Assembly (NCBI GenBank): GCA_018397065.1
Contig: JAGTRI010000004.1
Coordinates: forward strand, 8,595 to 72,594
DNA from: Candidatus Bathyarchaeota archaeon
Lineage (GTDB): Archaea > Thermoproteota > Bathyarchaeia > Bathyarchaeales > DTEX01
DNA length: 64,000 bases
Direction: 5' to 3'
Every line of letters begins with the position of its first letter. Positions within the stretch are counted from its first letter, which is position 1. This document shows positions 9,194-19,809 of the stretch, piece after piece. A program made the translations under genes and the position numbers. Under the pieces are notes generated by a model, which did not search any database, was not told where the DNA came from, and was given only the letters and a program-made list of their open reading frames with translations.

Positions 9194-12100
9194 GTAGCCC
9201 CCTTAAATGTAGTTGTTACAACGTGCGATACCCCCTCAAGGCCATAGACTCCGTATATTCTGTCGGCTTTACTGACCATTTCAGGTTTTAACGTTATGAC
9301 GACAAACTGCGATTTTTTGGCTTCTTCCGAAAGCAACTCACCTAGTCTCTCTACATTAGAAGCATCTAAGTGAGCGTCAATTTCATCAAACAAATAAAAT
9401 GAGGCTGGAGTAAACTCCTGCAAAGCAAACAAGAAGGCAACAGCAGAGACTGACCGTTCTCCGCTGCTAGCACCACTTACAAGGATAGGAGGCTTTCCCA
9501 CAAATTGAACTATCATATCTACACCTCCCGCAAATGGGTCCTCAGGATTCTCAAGTTTCAATGCAGCACTTCCTCCATCAGTGAGCTTTGAAAAGTATCT
9601 GTCAATTCTCTCGTTAATTTTGTTGAAAGCCTCCATGAAAGCATTGTATTTCTTTCTCTCAATCTCCTCAATAAATTCAACAATCGCCATTCTTTCTTTT
9701 TCCAACTCATTCATCCGGATTGAAAGTTCCTTGTACTTTGTGATCTGATCCTCATACTGCGCCTGTGCAAGTTGATTAACAGCGCCTATACGTTCCAACT
9801 CGAGCTTCATAATTTTTAACGAAGTCTCAATATCTTGAATGCCTCTTGAAGGAACAACAAAAGGTTCTTCGTATCCTAAATTCCTAAGTTGATCAAGTTG
9901 TCTTTCAACTAGAAGGTTTAAAGTTTGATTGTTCAGCCTTAATTCGTCAAGTAACTTGTCAGACTGTTCGTATTCGGCTTCAAGAACCCTTAGTTTATTA
10001 TCTATCTCATCAATCTGCATTGTGTACCTCTGCGATTCACTTTTAATAGTTAATAACGATTTGGAAAGATTGTCTTTAACAACCTCAAGTTCTCTAATTT
10101 TATTCTGAATTGTCTCCTTTTCAATGTTAAGCTTGTCAACTTCTTGCTCCAAAATTGTTATTTGACTCGACGCCTTATCCCTTTGAATATAGGCATTCTT
10201 TAATTCAACCTTTAATGTAGATTCTAATCTTAAGTGGAGAGAAGAAAATTGATTTTCCACTTGACTTAGTCTTTGTCTAAGCGTAATAAGTTCAGTTCCC
10301 AATTCCTCACGTTTTTGTTCTCTTTCTTGAGCCGTTGAAAAGTCAACATTTTGCTTGAGACGTTCAAGTTCATCTTTTAGTTTATTCTCTTCCAAAGAAT
10401 ATCTTTTGATTGCGTCGTCAAAACACCCTATTTGCGCTTTCTCCTCTTCAAGACTGCTCTGTAAGGATGCTATATTTTCTTCTATACGCATAATGTTTCT
10501 TTCCGTTTCATGAATGCTTTTTCGTGTTCCCTCAATTTCAGAACCAAGTTTTCCCAAGGTTTCAGCTGAAGTAGATATTTCGTTCTGTATGTTCACGATT
10601 TCTTTTTCCAACTCAGTAATATCGAGTTCTCTTTTATTCAAATTCGCCTTCAACATGGTTACAGCCTTATCAAGATCTTTTAAGGCTGACTCACTAGGCA
10701 CGAAAGATGAAAAATCAATAGGCGCCCGATAAAATCCACTTTCAACACCACCTCCTGCTTCATAAAGATCGCCTGCCTTTGTAACAGAGCGGTATCCAGC
10801 TTGGGAGATCGTTAGCGCTGTTTTCTCGTCATCTGCTAAAAAAGTATCTCCTAAAACAAATAAAACAGCAGCCTCATGCATTTGATCATACTTTACGAAA
10901 GACGTAACCTTATCTTTTTTTCCTTCAATCTTCGGAAAATCATTCATTTTTATGCCTGATAATCCTTTAAGCGGAATAATCTTTATTCTTCCAAGCTTAA
11001 GTCGACGCAGAGTTTCGACACATATAAAGGCAGTCTCTAAGCTATCAACCACGAGCGCATTAAGCCATCCAGCAGCTGCAGCTTCAACAGCACGTTCATA
11101 ACCCTTTTCGATGTTTATCAGATTTTTTAAACGACCTATAACACCTTTGATAATGCCTTCGTCAGACGATTTCTCTATATACTTTAGGGCGTTCTCTTCT
11201 GTCGTGAACTTGTTAACTAGCTCCTTACGGGTCTCAAATTCAACAAGAGCTTCCCTGGCAACATCAGCAATTTTCTCTGCCTCTTTAATTTCTAACTCTA
11301 AAACCTCTTTTTTCTCTATTTTTTTCTTAAGCGTTTTCCGTAAGATAGTTAATTGTTCTGTTCGTTCTTTGCGTATGTTTTCTAAATCCCGCAAAGACTT
11401 TTCAAGCCTATTTAATGCATTGGCATAATCGACTTTTCTCTCCTGAAGGTTTCCAAGTCTTTCTGAATAAATGTTAACTTTAGATTCGGATTCTGCTCGT
11501 TGGCTGCGAAGCATTATTACTTCTCTGTGTATATGTTCAATTTGGTTTTCAATTTCACGTAACTTTTTTGTAATCTCACTTATTCCTGCTCTGACTTTCA
11601 ATGTTTCCTCATTTAGTACTTCAAAAGCTGACTGCTTCTCAGTCATTTCCTTTTTTAACGAATCCCTAATTGGAGCAAGTTCACCAATTTTATTTTTAAC
11701 ACTTTCAATTTCCTTAGTTAGAGATTCGATCTGTTGTACAGCATTTTGTTTTGTTCTTGCAAGGTTGTCTAAACTGGCTTTATTAGACGTAATTTTTGTT
11801 GAAAGTTCAACCAGCTTTGATCTTAAGTCTCCTATTTCCATTTGGATCTGGAAAAGCTTCGTTTGGTTAGCCTCAGCCTCTTCAAAGCCAAGTTTTCTCC
11901 ACTCTACCTCAATTTCATGACGTTTTGACTGTAAAGTTTCTCTCTGAGTTCGTATTGATTGTACCTTTTTTTCTAAAACACTAATATGCGCATTCAGTTC
12001 GCTAATCTTTTTTTGGTTAGTTGTTATCTCATAAGATAACTTAGCTGCTTCAAAACGCCTAATTTCACTTTGAATAAAATTGTGACGTAAAAGATCATTT

Positions 12101-12735
12101 CTTTCTCTCTCTAGAGCCTCGATTCTGTTCTGGACTTCGCTTACTTGCCCCATCGCTGTTTTGATTGAAATATCTGCTGCTTTTAGTTTTTCATCTGCTT
12201 CAGCCTTTTCTGCATCATATGTAGCGATACCAATCATATCCTCAATAATTTTTCTACGCTCAACAGGCGAAATCTCAGCTAACCTCGTAAGCGTACCCTG
12301 AAGAACAACATTATGTCCATATGGACTAATGCCTGCCATTGCAAGAATCTCCATAGCATAGGCTCTAGAGACCCTTCGACCGTTAATTCTGAAAATACTT
12401 TGTCCTTCCTGATCGATTTCTCTTGAGAGAGTAACCGTTGCAGTATCCGTTGGCAAACGGTTATCCGAATTATCAAACTGAATAACGACTTTGGCGCTAT
12501 TTTTCTTCCTTGAATCTGAGTTAGGGCTACCGCTGAAAATAAGTTTTGAAAAGTTTTCTGCCCTAAGTCTTCTTGAACTAAGTTCACCTAAACAAAAAAG
12601 AACAGCATCAATTATGTTGGTTTTTCCACTCCCGTTTGGTCCGGTTATTGCCGTAAATCCCTTATCAAATACCAATGTCGTTTTTTTACCAAACGTTTTA
12701 AAACCGTTGACCTCAATTTTCTTTATAAAAGGCAT
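9190..12735 (-). CDS. smc: Chromosome segregation protein SMC
   Basis: Walker A GPNGSGKTN, long coiled coils, hinge (GVIGRL...GRIKIIPL), Walker B FYLFDEIDAHLD. Confidence 0.97.
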   Translation of the reverse strand: MPFIKKIEVNGFKTFGKKTTLVFDKGFTAITGPNGSGKTNIIDAVLFCLGELSSRRLRAENFSKLIFSGSPNSDSRKKNSAKVVIQFDNSDNRLPTDTATVTLSREIDQEGQSIFRINGRRVSRAYAMEILAMAGISPYGHNVVLQGTLTRLAEISPVERRKIIEDMIGIATYDAEKAEADEKLKAADISIKTAMGQVSEVQNRIEALERERNDLLRHNFIQSEIRRFEAAKLSYEITTNQKKISELNAHISVLEKKVQSIRTQRETLQSKRHEIEVEWRKLGFEEAEANQTKLFQIQMEIGDLRSKLVELSTKITSNKASLDNLARTKQNAVQQIESLTKEIESVKNKIGELAPIRDSLKKEMTEKQSAFEVLNEETLKVRAGISEITKKLREIENQIEHIHREVIMLRSQRAESESKVNIYSERLGNLQERKVDYANALNRLEKSLRDLENIRKERTEQLTILRKTLKKKIEKKEVLELEIKEAEKIADVAREALVEFETRKELVNKFTTEENALKYIEKSSDEGIIKGVIGRLKNLINIEKGYERAVEAAAAGWLNALVVDSLETAFICVETLRRLKLGRIKIIPLKGLSGIKMNDFPKIEGKKDKVTSFVKYDQMHEAAVLFVLGDTFLADDEKTALTISQAGYRSVTKAGDLYEAGGGVESGFYRAPIDFSSFVPSESALKDLDKAVTMLKANLNKRELDITELEKEIVNIQNEISTSAETLGKLGSEIEGTRKSIHETERNIMRIEENIASLQSSLEEEKAQIGCFDDAIKRYSLEENKLKDELERLKQNVDFSTAQEREQKREELGTELITLRQRLSQVENQFSSLHLRLESTLKVELKNAYIQRDKASSQITILEQEVDKLNIEKETIQNKIRELEVVKDNLSKSLLTIKSESQRYTMQIDEIDNKLRVLEAEYEQSDKLLDELRLNNQTLNLLVERQLDQLRNLGYEEPFVVPSRGIQDIETSLKIMKLELERIGAVNQLAQAQYEDQITKYKELSIRMNELEKERMAIVEFIEEIERKKYNAFMEAFNKINERIDRYFSKLTDGGSAALKLENPEDPFAGGVDMIVQFVGKPPILVSGASSGERSVSAVAFLFALQEFTPASFYLFDEIDAHLDASNVERLGELLSEEAKKSQFVVITLKPEMVSKADRIYGVYGLEGVSHVVTTTFKGAT

Positions 12736-12781
12736 TTTTATTCCTCAACAAATCAACTTTTGAGATTTTTCATCCTTTTTC

Positions 12782-13306
12782 TTATGAAATACTTCTTTTC
12801 ATTTGTAATACCTTAGTCACTTTTTTAACAAAATGTTTAAGCTTTTGCTCCTCTCCAAGTACGAGGACAGTTCCATCGGCTTGAATAATAACTTTTAGCC
12901 CATTTTGCTCAGCAAGATGTTTTATCTCTTTACTTGTGATCGTTTCTAAATGTTCAATCCTTATCCATTTGTCTTCACGGGAAACTCCAACAGGAATACC
13001 ACTAGAAGATTTGGGTTTCCATAATGTTTTACGTCTTTGTAATTCTGCAAGATTTTTTAACCATTTTTCCATTTCTGTTACACCAAGCCTTTTTTCTGCA
13101 AGAGGAAATAAAGTAGATTCAAGATTGGCGAGGTATTCTTCAGTCTTTTGGAGTATTTCAGAATGAGAAGGGTCAACCTTATAAATTTCCATTATAGTTT
13201 TTGCAGCTCGAAGGTCGCTCATAACGTTAACTGGAATTTCTTCACCTTTATTTCGTAGCTCTATAATCAAGTTAGATAGAAGCTCCCACACGGCTTCATA
13301 GTCCAT
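12782..13306 (-). CDS. DUF2096-like conserved archaeal protein
   Basis: WELLSNLIIELRNKGEEIP...DLRAAKT pattern. Start moved to ATG 13306, which follows AGAGGTGA. Confidence 0.65.
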   Translation of the reverse strand: MDYEAVWELLSNLIIELRNKGEEIPVNVMSDLRAAKTIMEIYKVDPSHSEILQKTEEYLANLESTLFPLAEKRLGVTEMEKWLKNLAELQRRKTLWKPKSSSGIPVGVSREDKWIRIEHLETITSKEIKHLAEQNGLKVIIQADGTVLVLGEEQKLKHFVKKVTKVLQMKRSIS

Positions 13307-13560
13307 AATTTCACCTCTCTTGCACCCGAATACAAAAATAATGTTGGAATTGTGCTCATCGCGTATTCTAGCTAAGTCCACCTCCAAGTTCTCAGAATCT
13401 TTTATTTCTTACCCTATCTAAGCGTTTGCCTTGAAGAAACAAAAAGTTGAAAATCCAAATATTTGTTTCTAATACGCATGTATATATGCAATTATGAAAT
13501 TGTAAAAATGTAAATACCCTAAATTTAATCATGTAACAATGAATATGAGGTAAAAGATGT

Positions 13561-13959
13561 ATGAATAAAGAAAAAGGAAGAGACCAAAAGAACGCCCTCC
13601 AACCAGTAGGGTATAAACAAGCAATAGTACTAAGGTCAGATTTAAACATGAGTTGCGGGAAAGCAGCAGCTCAAGCCTGCCACGGCGCTGTTTCTGCATC
13701 AGAAGAAACAAAAAAGAAACATCCACAATGGTTTCGAAATTGGATGCAAGAAGGGCAACGTAAGGTAGTTCTAAAGGCCAGCTCAAAAGAAGAACTGCAC
13801 GAATTAGAAGAAAAGGCTAAGAAACTTGGTATACAAACATTCCTTGTCTCTGATATGGGATTAACTGAGCTTCCGCCCGGGACAATAACTGCGCTTGGAA
13901 TTGGACCTGCTCCGACAAGCCTTATTGATAGGGTCACTGGAAGCCTTCCACTTTATTAA
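13561..13959 (+). CDS. pth2: Peptidyl-tRNA hydrolase Pth2
   Basis: YKQAIVLRSDLNMSCGKAAAQACHG, GQRKVVLK, DMGLTELPPGTITALGIGP. Confidence 0.96.
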   Translation: MNKEKGRDQKNALQPVGYKQAIVLRSDLNMSCGKAAAQACHGAVSASEETKKKHPQWFRNWMQEGQRKVVLKASSKEELHELEEKAKKLGIQTFLVSDMGLTELPPGTITALGIGPAPTSLIDRVTGSLPLY

Positions 13960-13978
13960 CGGTGCCTAGAGGATACAT

Positions 13979-15352
13979 ATGACATCTGGAGTGCCTTCTC
14001 TTGATGTTGACTTCGGAATTGCAGTTTATGCTTCGCAAACCCATGGAATTGGTGGAAGGATTCGGGTCGTTCCAGAAGACTTTATCGTTGAAGAAGTGTT
14101 GATTGACGGCTCCAAAGCTTCAGTTAATATCACTGATATAAGCAGGTTAAGTTCAAATTTTGGACGTTATATTATATGTGTTCTAATAAAGAAAGGCTGG
14201 GATACCTTTGCAGCATTAAGAGCAATAACTCGACAATTAGATATTGACGAAGGAAGAATTAGCATTGCTGGAATAAAAGACGCAAGGGCTTTGACTGCAC
14301 AGCACATAAGCATTGGCGGTATCTCTCCTGAAAAAGTGAACGAAATTCATCTAGAAAATGCAGTTGTCGTTCCAATACGGTTTTCACATGAAAAAATCTC
14401 TTCCAAAGTTCTTTTTGGCAACCAGTTTGACATAAAAGTAAGGGCAATCGAATGTTCTAAAGAGGAAGCAAAACAAAGAATAGACGAAACAAAAAATGAA
14501 ATTGATGCTTTTGGCGGAATTCCTAATTTTTTTGGGCACCAAAGATTTGGGACTATCAGACCTTTTACTCATAAAGTTGGACACTACATCGTTAAAGGCC
14601 AGTATGAAAAGGCAGCCACAATTTTTCTTTCAGAACCTAGCATATACGAACATCGCCGTGCATCCAGAGCTCGAGAAAGGTTAAGGGAAACTGGAGATTA
14701 TAAGAATTGTCTACGATTTTTTCCACGAAGGCTTGTCTACGAAAGGCGGATGCTGCTTCATCTTTCGAGATACCCGAACGACTTCATAGGAGCCTTCCGT
14801 AGAATTCCTCGTACTCTTCGGGTGCTTTTTGTGCAAGCATATCAGTCCTATCTATTTAATAAGTTCCTCAGTGAGCGAATAAAACGTGGCTTATCTCTTA
14901 CTGAAGCTCATCCTGGTGACTTTGTGATCAATTTAGACAAGAATGAATTACCTACAAACAATTTCAAAAATGTAGAGCCAGATGAAATTTCTGAAATTAA
15001 TGAGGCAATAAAAAGGAAAAATCTTGCTATTGCTCTGCCATTAATAGGATATAATCAAGGTGTTTCTAACGGAGCACAAGGACAAATTGAAAGAAAAATT
15101 CTGGAAGAAGAAAATATTCTTCCCGAGAATTTTTACCTAAAGGACATGCCTGAAGCAAGCGTGGCTGGTGGCATAAGAAAAGCCACAGTTCCCGTCATGA
15201 ATTTTAATGTTACCTTTGAAGAGGACACACATAATATAAGCCGAGGTAATTTTGCAGTAAGATTAAGGTTTACGCTTCATAAAGGCTCTTATGCCACAGT
15301 TGTTCTAAGAGAGTTTATGAAGCCAATTGACCTTATAGATGCAGGATTTTAA
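13979..15352 (+). CDS. truD: tRNA pseudouridine(13) synthase TruD
   Basis: PEDFIVEE, AGIKDARALTAQ, GNQF, PNFFGHQRFG, GSYATVVLRE. Confidence 0.96.
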   Translation: MTSGVPSLDVDFGIAVYASQTHGIGGRIRVVPEDFIVEEVLIDGSKASVNITDISRLSSNFGRYIICVLIKKGWDTFAALRAITRQLDIDEGRISIAGIKDARALTAQHISIGGISPEKVNEIHLENAVVVPIRFSHEKISSKVLFGNQFDIKVRAIECSKEEAKQRIDETKNEIDAFGGIPNFFGHQRFGTIRPFTHKVGHYIVKGQYEKAATIFLSEPSIYEHRRASRARERLRETGDYKNCLRFFPRRLVYERRMLLHLSRYPNDFIGAFRRIPRTLRVLFVQAYQSYLFNKFLSERIKRGLSLTEAHPGDFVINLDKNELPTNNFKNVEPDEISEINEAIKRKNLAIALPLIGYNQGVSNGAQGQIERKILEEENILPENFYLKDMPEASVAGGIRKATVPVMNFNVTFEEDTHNISRGNFAVRLRFTLHKGSYATVVLREFMKPIDLIDAGF

Positions 15353-15499
15353 GGTATTAAAATGCTTCGACGCATATATTGACTATTTTTGGTCATTGAT
15401 ATTATTTTTTTATAATTTTTGACCGAAAAATATATATTCAAAATGAAAATTTTAATGAAGATAATTAAACTAAAAATGCAAATTAGGAAACCTGAAAAC

Positions 15500-16417
15500 A
15501 TGAATAAGCAAGATTTTCTTACACTGCAAGAATTCTCTGATAAGGAAATATGGGATATTCTTAAAACCGCAAAAAAAATTAAACTGAAAAAAGGTGACTA
15601 TAATATTCTTAAAGGAAAATCGTTTGCTCTTCTTTTCCAGAAACCTTCGACTCGTACAAGGGTCTCTTTTGATGTGGCTATAAACCAATTAGGTGGGCAT
15701 TCTATTTATCTTGGATGGGCAGAATCACAATTGGGAAGAGGTGAGACCTTAGCTGATACTGCTCGTGTCCTCAGCCGATACTTGGATTGCATTATTGCTA
15801 GAGTAAATAATCATTCAGACCTTGAAGAAATAGCAAACTATGCGGAAATTCCAGTGATAAACGCTCTTTCAAATTTATACCATCCATGCCAAACGATCGC
15901 TGATCTTTATACAATCTGGGAAAAGTTTGAAACTCTAGATAATTTGAAAGTTGCTTACGTTGGTGACGGAAACAACGTTTGTAACTCCTTGCTTATCGGA
16001 TGTTCAAAACTTGGCATCAACATTTCAGTGGCATGCCCTATTGGATATGAACCGCACAGCACAGCACAAGAAAAGGCTAAGATGAACGCCAAAAAAAGCG
16101 GCTCAAAAATTGAAGTATTACGAGAACCAATTGACGCTGTTAGAAACGCCGATGTGGTTTATACAGACACATTTGTCTCGATGGGAGACGAACCTGAAAA
16201 AGAAAAGCGGCTCAAAACTTTCCTACCAAAATACCAAGTTACATCAGAGCTTTTCAAATATGCCTCAGAAAACGCTTTGTTCATGCATTGTCTACCCGCA
16301 CATCGCGGAGAAGAGGTTACAGATGAAGTTATGGATGGTCCACTTTCAATAATTTGGGACCAGGCTGAAAACCGCTTGCATACAGCAAAAGCAATACTTA
16401 CAAAAATTGTTGCTTAG
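15500..16417 (+). CDS. argF: Ornithine carbamoyltransferase
   Basis: STRTRVSF, HPCQ, SMG, HCLP and QAENR. Likely start is ATG 15500; the upstream extension in the ORF track is AT-rich promoter sequence. Confidence 0.95.
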   Translation: MNKQDFLTLQEFSDKEIWDILKTAKKIKLKKGDYNILKGKSFALLFQKPSTRTRVSFDVAINQLGGHSIYLGWAESQLGRGETLADTARVLSRYLDCIIARVNNHSDLEEIANYAEIPVINALSNLYHPCQTIADLYTIWEKFETLDNLKVAYVGDGNNVCNSLLIGCSKLGINISVACPIGYEPHSTAQEKAKMNAKKSGSKIEVLREPIDAVRNADVVYTDTFVSMGDEPEKEKRLKTFLPKYQVTSELFKYASENALFMHCLPAHRGEEVTDEVMDGPLSIIWDQAENRLHTAKAILTKIVA

Positions 16418-16486
16418 GCATTCCACATATGTTTTCATAATACTTATATAATTCAGCAAGGTTCAAACTTAAAGGATTCCATTAAG

Positions 16487-17068
16487 GTGAAAGAAGTGAG
16501 TAAGCAAGAGGCACCTCAACTCTTTGGCAAATGGAGCTTCAATGTTGAGGTTAAAGACCTAGGGCTTCAAAGATACATTTCAGTTGAACCAGTCAGCGTA
16601 CCCCATTCAATGGGAAGACACGAACACCGGAGATTCCACAAGTCTAAAGTGAATATCGTTGAAAGGCTAATAAACAATCTGATGCGACCAGGTCAAAACG
16701 CTGGGAAAAAAATTAGGGCAATAAACTACGTCAGGAACGCTTTTGAAATCATTTATTTGCGAACAGGGCAAAATCCTATTCAAGTTCTTGTTCAAGCAGT
16801 TGAAAACTCTGCACCTTGCGAAGATATAACGAGAATCAGTTACGGTGGAGTTGCATATCAACAAGCGGTGGACATTTCGCCTCAAAGAAGAGTCGACTTA
16901 GCCTTACGTTTCATCGCGGAGGGTGTGAGAAAAGCAGCTTTTGGCAACCCAAAACCCTTAGAAGAATGTTTAGCTGACGAGATAATCGCAGCTGCTAACA
17001 GAGATTCTTCGAGTTATGCCGTGCAGAAACGAAACGAGATGGAAAGAATAGCCTTTCATGCAAGATAA
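16487..17068 (+). CDS. rps7: 30S ribosomal protein S7 (uS7)
   Basis: [50 protein letters not shown]. Confidence 0.97.
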   Translation: MKEVSKQEAPQLFGKWSFNVEVKDLGLQRYISVEPVSVPHSMGRHEHRRFHKSKVNIVERLINNLMRPGQNAGKKIRAINYVRNAFEIIYLRTGQNPIQVLVQAVENSAPCEDITRISYGGVAYQQAVDISPQRRVDLALRFIAEGVRKAAFGNPKPLEECLADEIIAAANRDSSSYAVQKRNEMERIAFHAR

Positions 17069-17249
17069 AAAAATACATTCTGCAATTTCATTTTATCTGT
17101 TTTGTCTTTCTTATGGTTATCAGCTATAGGTTATTGATAAACAATAAGATAAACCATCCTAATTCTTTAAAAATAACTTAGTAATATTGTTTTAGACTAG
17201 GCTCTTAAGAAAGAAAAAATAACTCCGAGTTACTTGGTGAAACTTTAAC

Positions 17250-18959
17250 ATGGCATTGCTGGTAAAAAACGGGTACGTTTACGATCCTCTAAACGACGTA
17301 AAAGGCGAAATAATGGACATTTGCGTTGAAAATGGCAAAATTGTAGAAAAAATAAATGAAAAAAAAGCTCAAATCATAGACGCATCAAACATGGTCGTGA
17401 TGCCAGGCGGCATAGACATACATACACACATCGCAGGCTCAGAAGTGAACGCTGGAAGGCTTTTGCGTCCCGAAGATCACTACAATGATGTGGAAACTAG
17501 AACGGCTATAACTAGGTCAGGAGTAGGGCATTCTGTTCCATCCACTTTTACAACAGGCTACAGATATTCACGCATGGGATATACAACCATTTGCAATCCT
17601 TCTATGCCTCCTCTTGAAGCTCGGCATACCCATGAGGAGCTTGATGACACTCCAATGGTTGACAAGGCAACCTTCCCGTTGCTTGGGGATTGGTGGTTTG
17701 TCCTCGAACTTCTCCAAAAAAACCTCCTCAGAGAGTGCGCTGCTCACGTTGCTTGGCTGATATCGGCTACAAAGGGTTATGCGATAAAGATCGTTAATCC
17801 AGGTGGCGTCGAGTCATGGGGGTTTGGGAGGAATGTTAAAGATCTCGACGACCCTGTTCCAAATTTTGGAATAACGCCAAGAGAGATTATCCGTGGGCTT
17901 TGCAAAGTCAATCATATACTAAATCTTCCCCACACAATACACGTTCATACTAATCAGCTTGGCAAACCTGGAAATTATCTAATTACACTTGAAACTATGA
18001 GATGCGTAGAGGATCTTACTTTTGAAAAAAGGCCTTCAATTCATATCACGCACTGTCAGTTTAGCTCATTTAAGGGAGATAATTGGGGAAGCATCAAGTC
18101 TGGAGCTGAAGAGATTGCAAAATACGTTAATGGACACAGCCATGTTACGATAGATATGGGTCAGGTTGTCTTTACAGAGACAACAACAATGACGGCTGAC
18201 GGTCCTTGGCAGTATACTCTATATGAGCTAAGCGGAAACAAGTGGGTTAACCATGATGTCGAAACTGAAACGGCTGCCGGCATAGTTCCCTTTACTTACA
18301 AACGAAAAAGCCTTGTACATGCAACAATGTGGTCAATAGGCCTTGAACTTGCATTGCTTATAAAAGACCCATGGAAGGTCTATCTTACAACTGACCATCC
18401 AAACGCGGCTCCTTTTACAACTTACCCGAAGATAATATCTTGGCTTATGAGCAGAAAAGCAAGAAATGTCATGTTAAATAAGATTAACAAAAAAGCAAAG
18501 AAACGTTCTCTTCTTCCAAGCATAGACAGAGAATATGACCTTTTTGAAATCGCCATAATTACACGCGCAGGTCAAGCAAAAGCCCTAGGGATGAAAAACA
18601 AGGGGCACCTGGGGCCTAATGCTGACGCTGACATTGCGATTTACGATCTTAATCCAAAAAATGCAGACTTTCCAAAGAATTACCGAAGAGTTCGCCGTGC
18701 TTTTGAGAATTCTGTTTTCACAATAAAGGGCGGAGAAATTGTGTCAAAAAACGGAGCTATAGTGAAACCAGTCGTAGGAAGAACAATGTGGACAGATATT
18801 GAAGCCACCTCATTTACAATGGCAAATTCATACTCTGAGACTTTGAAAGACTTAAAGAAACGGTTCCGAGAATATTGGACAATAGAGTTGGATAACTATT
18901 TTGTTACAGAAAAATTCCTAAAATCTTCGGAGCCTATACCAATTAAACCAGAGGTGTGA
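17250..18959 (+). CDS. fwdA: Formylmethanofuran dehydrogenase subunit A
   Basis: GGIDIHTHIAG, RPEDH, KIVNPGG, HITHCQF, TTMTADGP, TTDHPN. Confidence 0.96.
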   Translation: MALLVKNGYVYDPLNDVKGEIMDICVENGKIVEKINEKKAQIIDASNMVVMPGGIDIHTHIAGSEVNAGRLLRPEDHYNDVETRTAITRSGVGHSVPSTFTTGYRYSRMGYTTICNPSMPPLEARHTHEELDDTPMVDKATFPLLGDWWFVLELLQKNLLRECAAHVAWLISATKGYAIKIVNPGGVESWGFGRNVKDLDDPVPNFGITPREIIRGLCKVNHILNLPHTIHVHTNQLGKPGNYLITLETMRCVEDLTFEKRPSIHITHCQFSSFKGDNWGSIKSGAEEIAKYVNGHSHVTIDMGQVVFTETTTMTADGPWQYTLYELSGNKWVNHDVETETAAGIVPFTYKRKSLVHATMWSIGLELALLIKDPWKVYLTTDHPNAAPFTTYPKIISWLMSRKARNVMLNKINKKAKKRSLLPSIDREYDLFEIAIITRAGQAKALGMKNKGHLGPNADADIAIYDLNPKNADFPKNYRRVRRAFENSVFTIKGGEIVSKNGAIVKPVVGRTMWTDIEATSFTMANSYSETLKDLKKRFREYWTIELDNYFVTEKFLKSSEPIPIKPEV

Positions 18960-18962
18960 AAA

Positions 18963-19784
18963 ATAACGATCACGCTACAACCAAAATATTCCTTAAAGGT
19001 ACCAGTCTACGCAGAATGTATTACGCCAGATATTTTCCTGGAGAAATCCATCAAAGAAATTTCAGAATTAAGAGTTTGGGAAGGAAATAGACAGAAGAGC
19101 CTTGGAGATGTATTTGACATTATTGAGAAGACTGGGGACACTGATGAAAACAACGTTATTCTTCTAAGCGGAGATTTTCATAAGGTGCGAATGATAGGGC
19201 ACAAAATGACCCAAGGCACCATTATTATCGATGGTAACGCTGGCATGCGCTTAGGTGAAGGCATGAAAGGGGGAAAAATCCAAGTAAACGGCAACGTCGA
19301 TTCCTGGGTTGGTTGCATGATGAAAGGTGGAAAAATTGAGGTTACTGGGTCAGCTGGAAGCTATGTTGGCTCATCATATCGCGGATCCACAGAAGGCATG
19401 AAGGGTGGAGAAATTCTTATACATGGGAATGCTGGAAACGAGATCGGCTGTCACATGAAAGATGGCCTAATCAAGGTTGAATGTTGCGCAGGATTTTTTC
19501 CAGGAATCCACATGAGAAATGGAACAATCATTATTTTAGGTGACTGTTTAGGGCGGGCTGGTGCAGAAATGGCTGATGGAAAAATAATTGTCTGTGGATA
19601 TTTGCCTTCTATTCTTCCCACTTTTACGATAGACAGCATTAGACCTGATGTTAAAGTCAATGGAGAAAGGATAGCAGGTCCATTTTATCGTTTCACAGGT
19701 GACATCATTGAGGAAGGCAAAGGAAAGCTCTTCGTAGCGAAGAACCAAAACCCACATCTTGCATCCTACGAGAAATACCTATAA
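18963..19784 (+). CDS. fwdC: Formylmethanofuran dehydrogenase subunit C (true N-terminus ~74 codons upstream of the ORF-track start)
   Basis: GXGXXG beta-helix repeats and YRGSTEGMKGG. The in-frame upstream segment ITITLQPK...ECITPD...WEGNRQ..LGDVF matches the FwdC N-terminus. No canonical start codon. Confidence 0.9.
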   Translation: MTITLQPKYSLKVPVYAECITPDIFLEKSIKEISELRVWEGNRQKSLGDVFDIIEKTGDTDENNVILLSGDFHKVRMIGHKMTQGTIIIDGNAGMRLGEGMKGGKIQVNGNVDSWVGCMMKGGKIEVTGSAGSYVGSSYRGSTEGMKGGEILIHGNAGNEIGCHMKDGLIKVECCAGFFPGIHMRNGTIIILGDCLGRAGAEMADGKIIVCGYLPSILPTFTIDSIRPDVKVNGERIAGPFYRFTGDIIEEGKGKLFVAKNQNPHLASYEKYL

Positions 19785-19809
19785 CCTAAGTACAACTGGA
19801 GAAGACAAG

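Noticed and set aside
18957-18959. Selenocysteine at the fwdA TGA
   Set aside because: The position is the normal FwdA C-terminus, not a Cys-equivalent site, and no SECIS is seen; only generic read-through is kept as an option.
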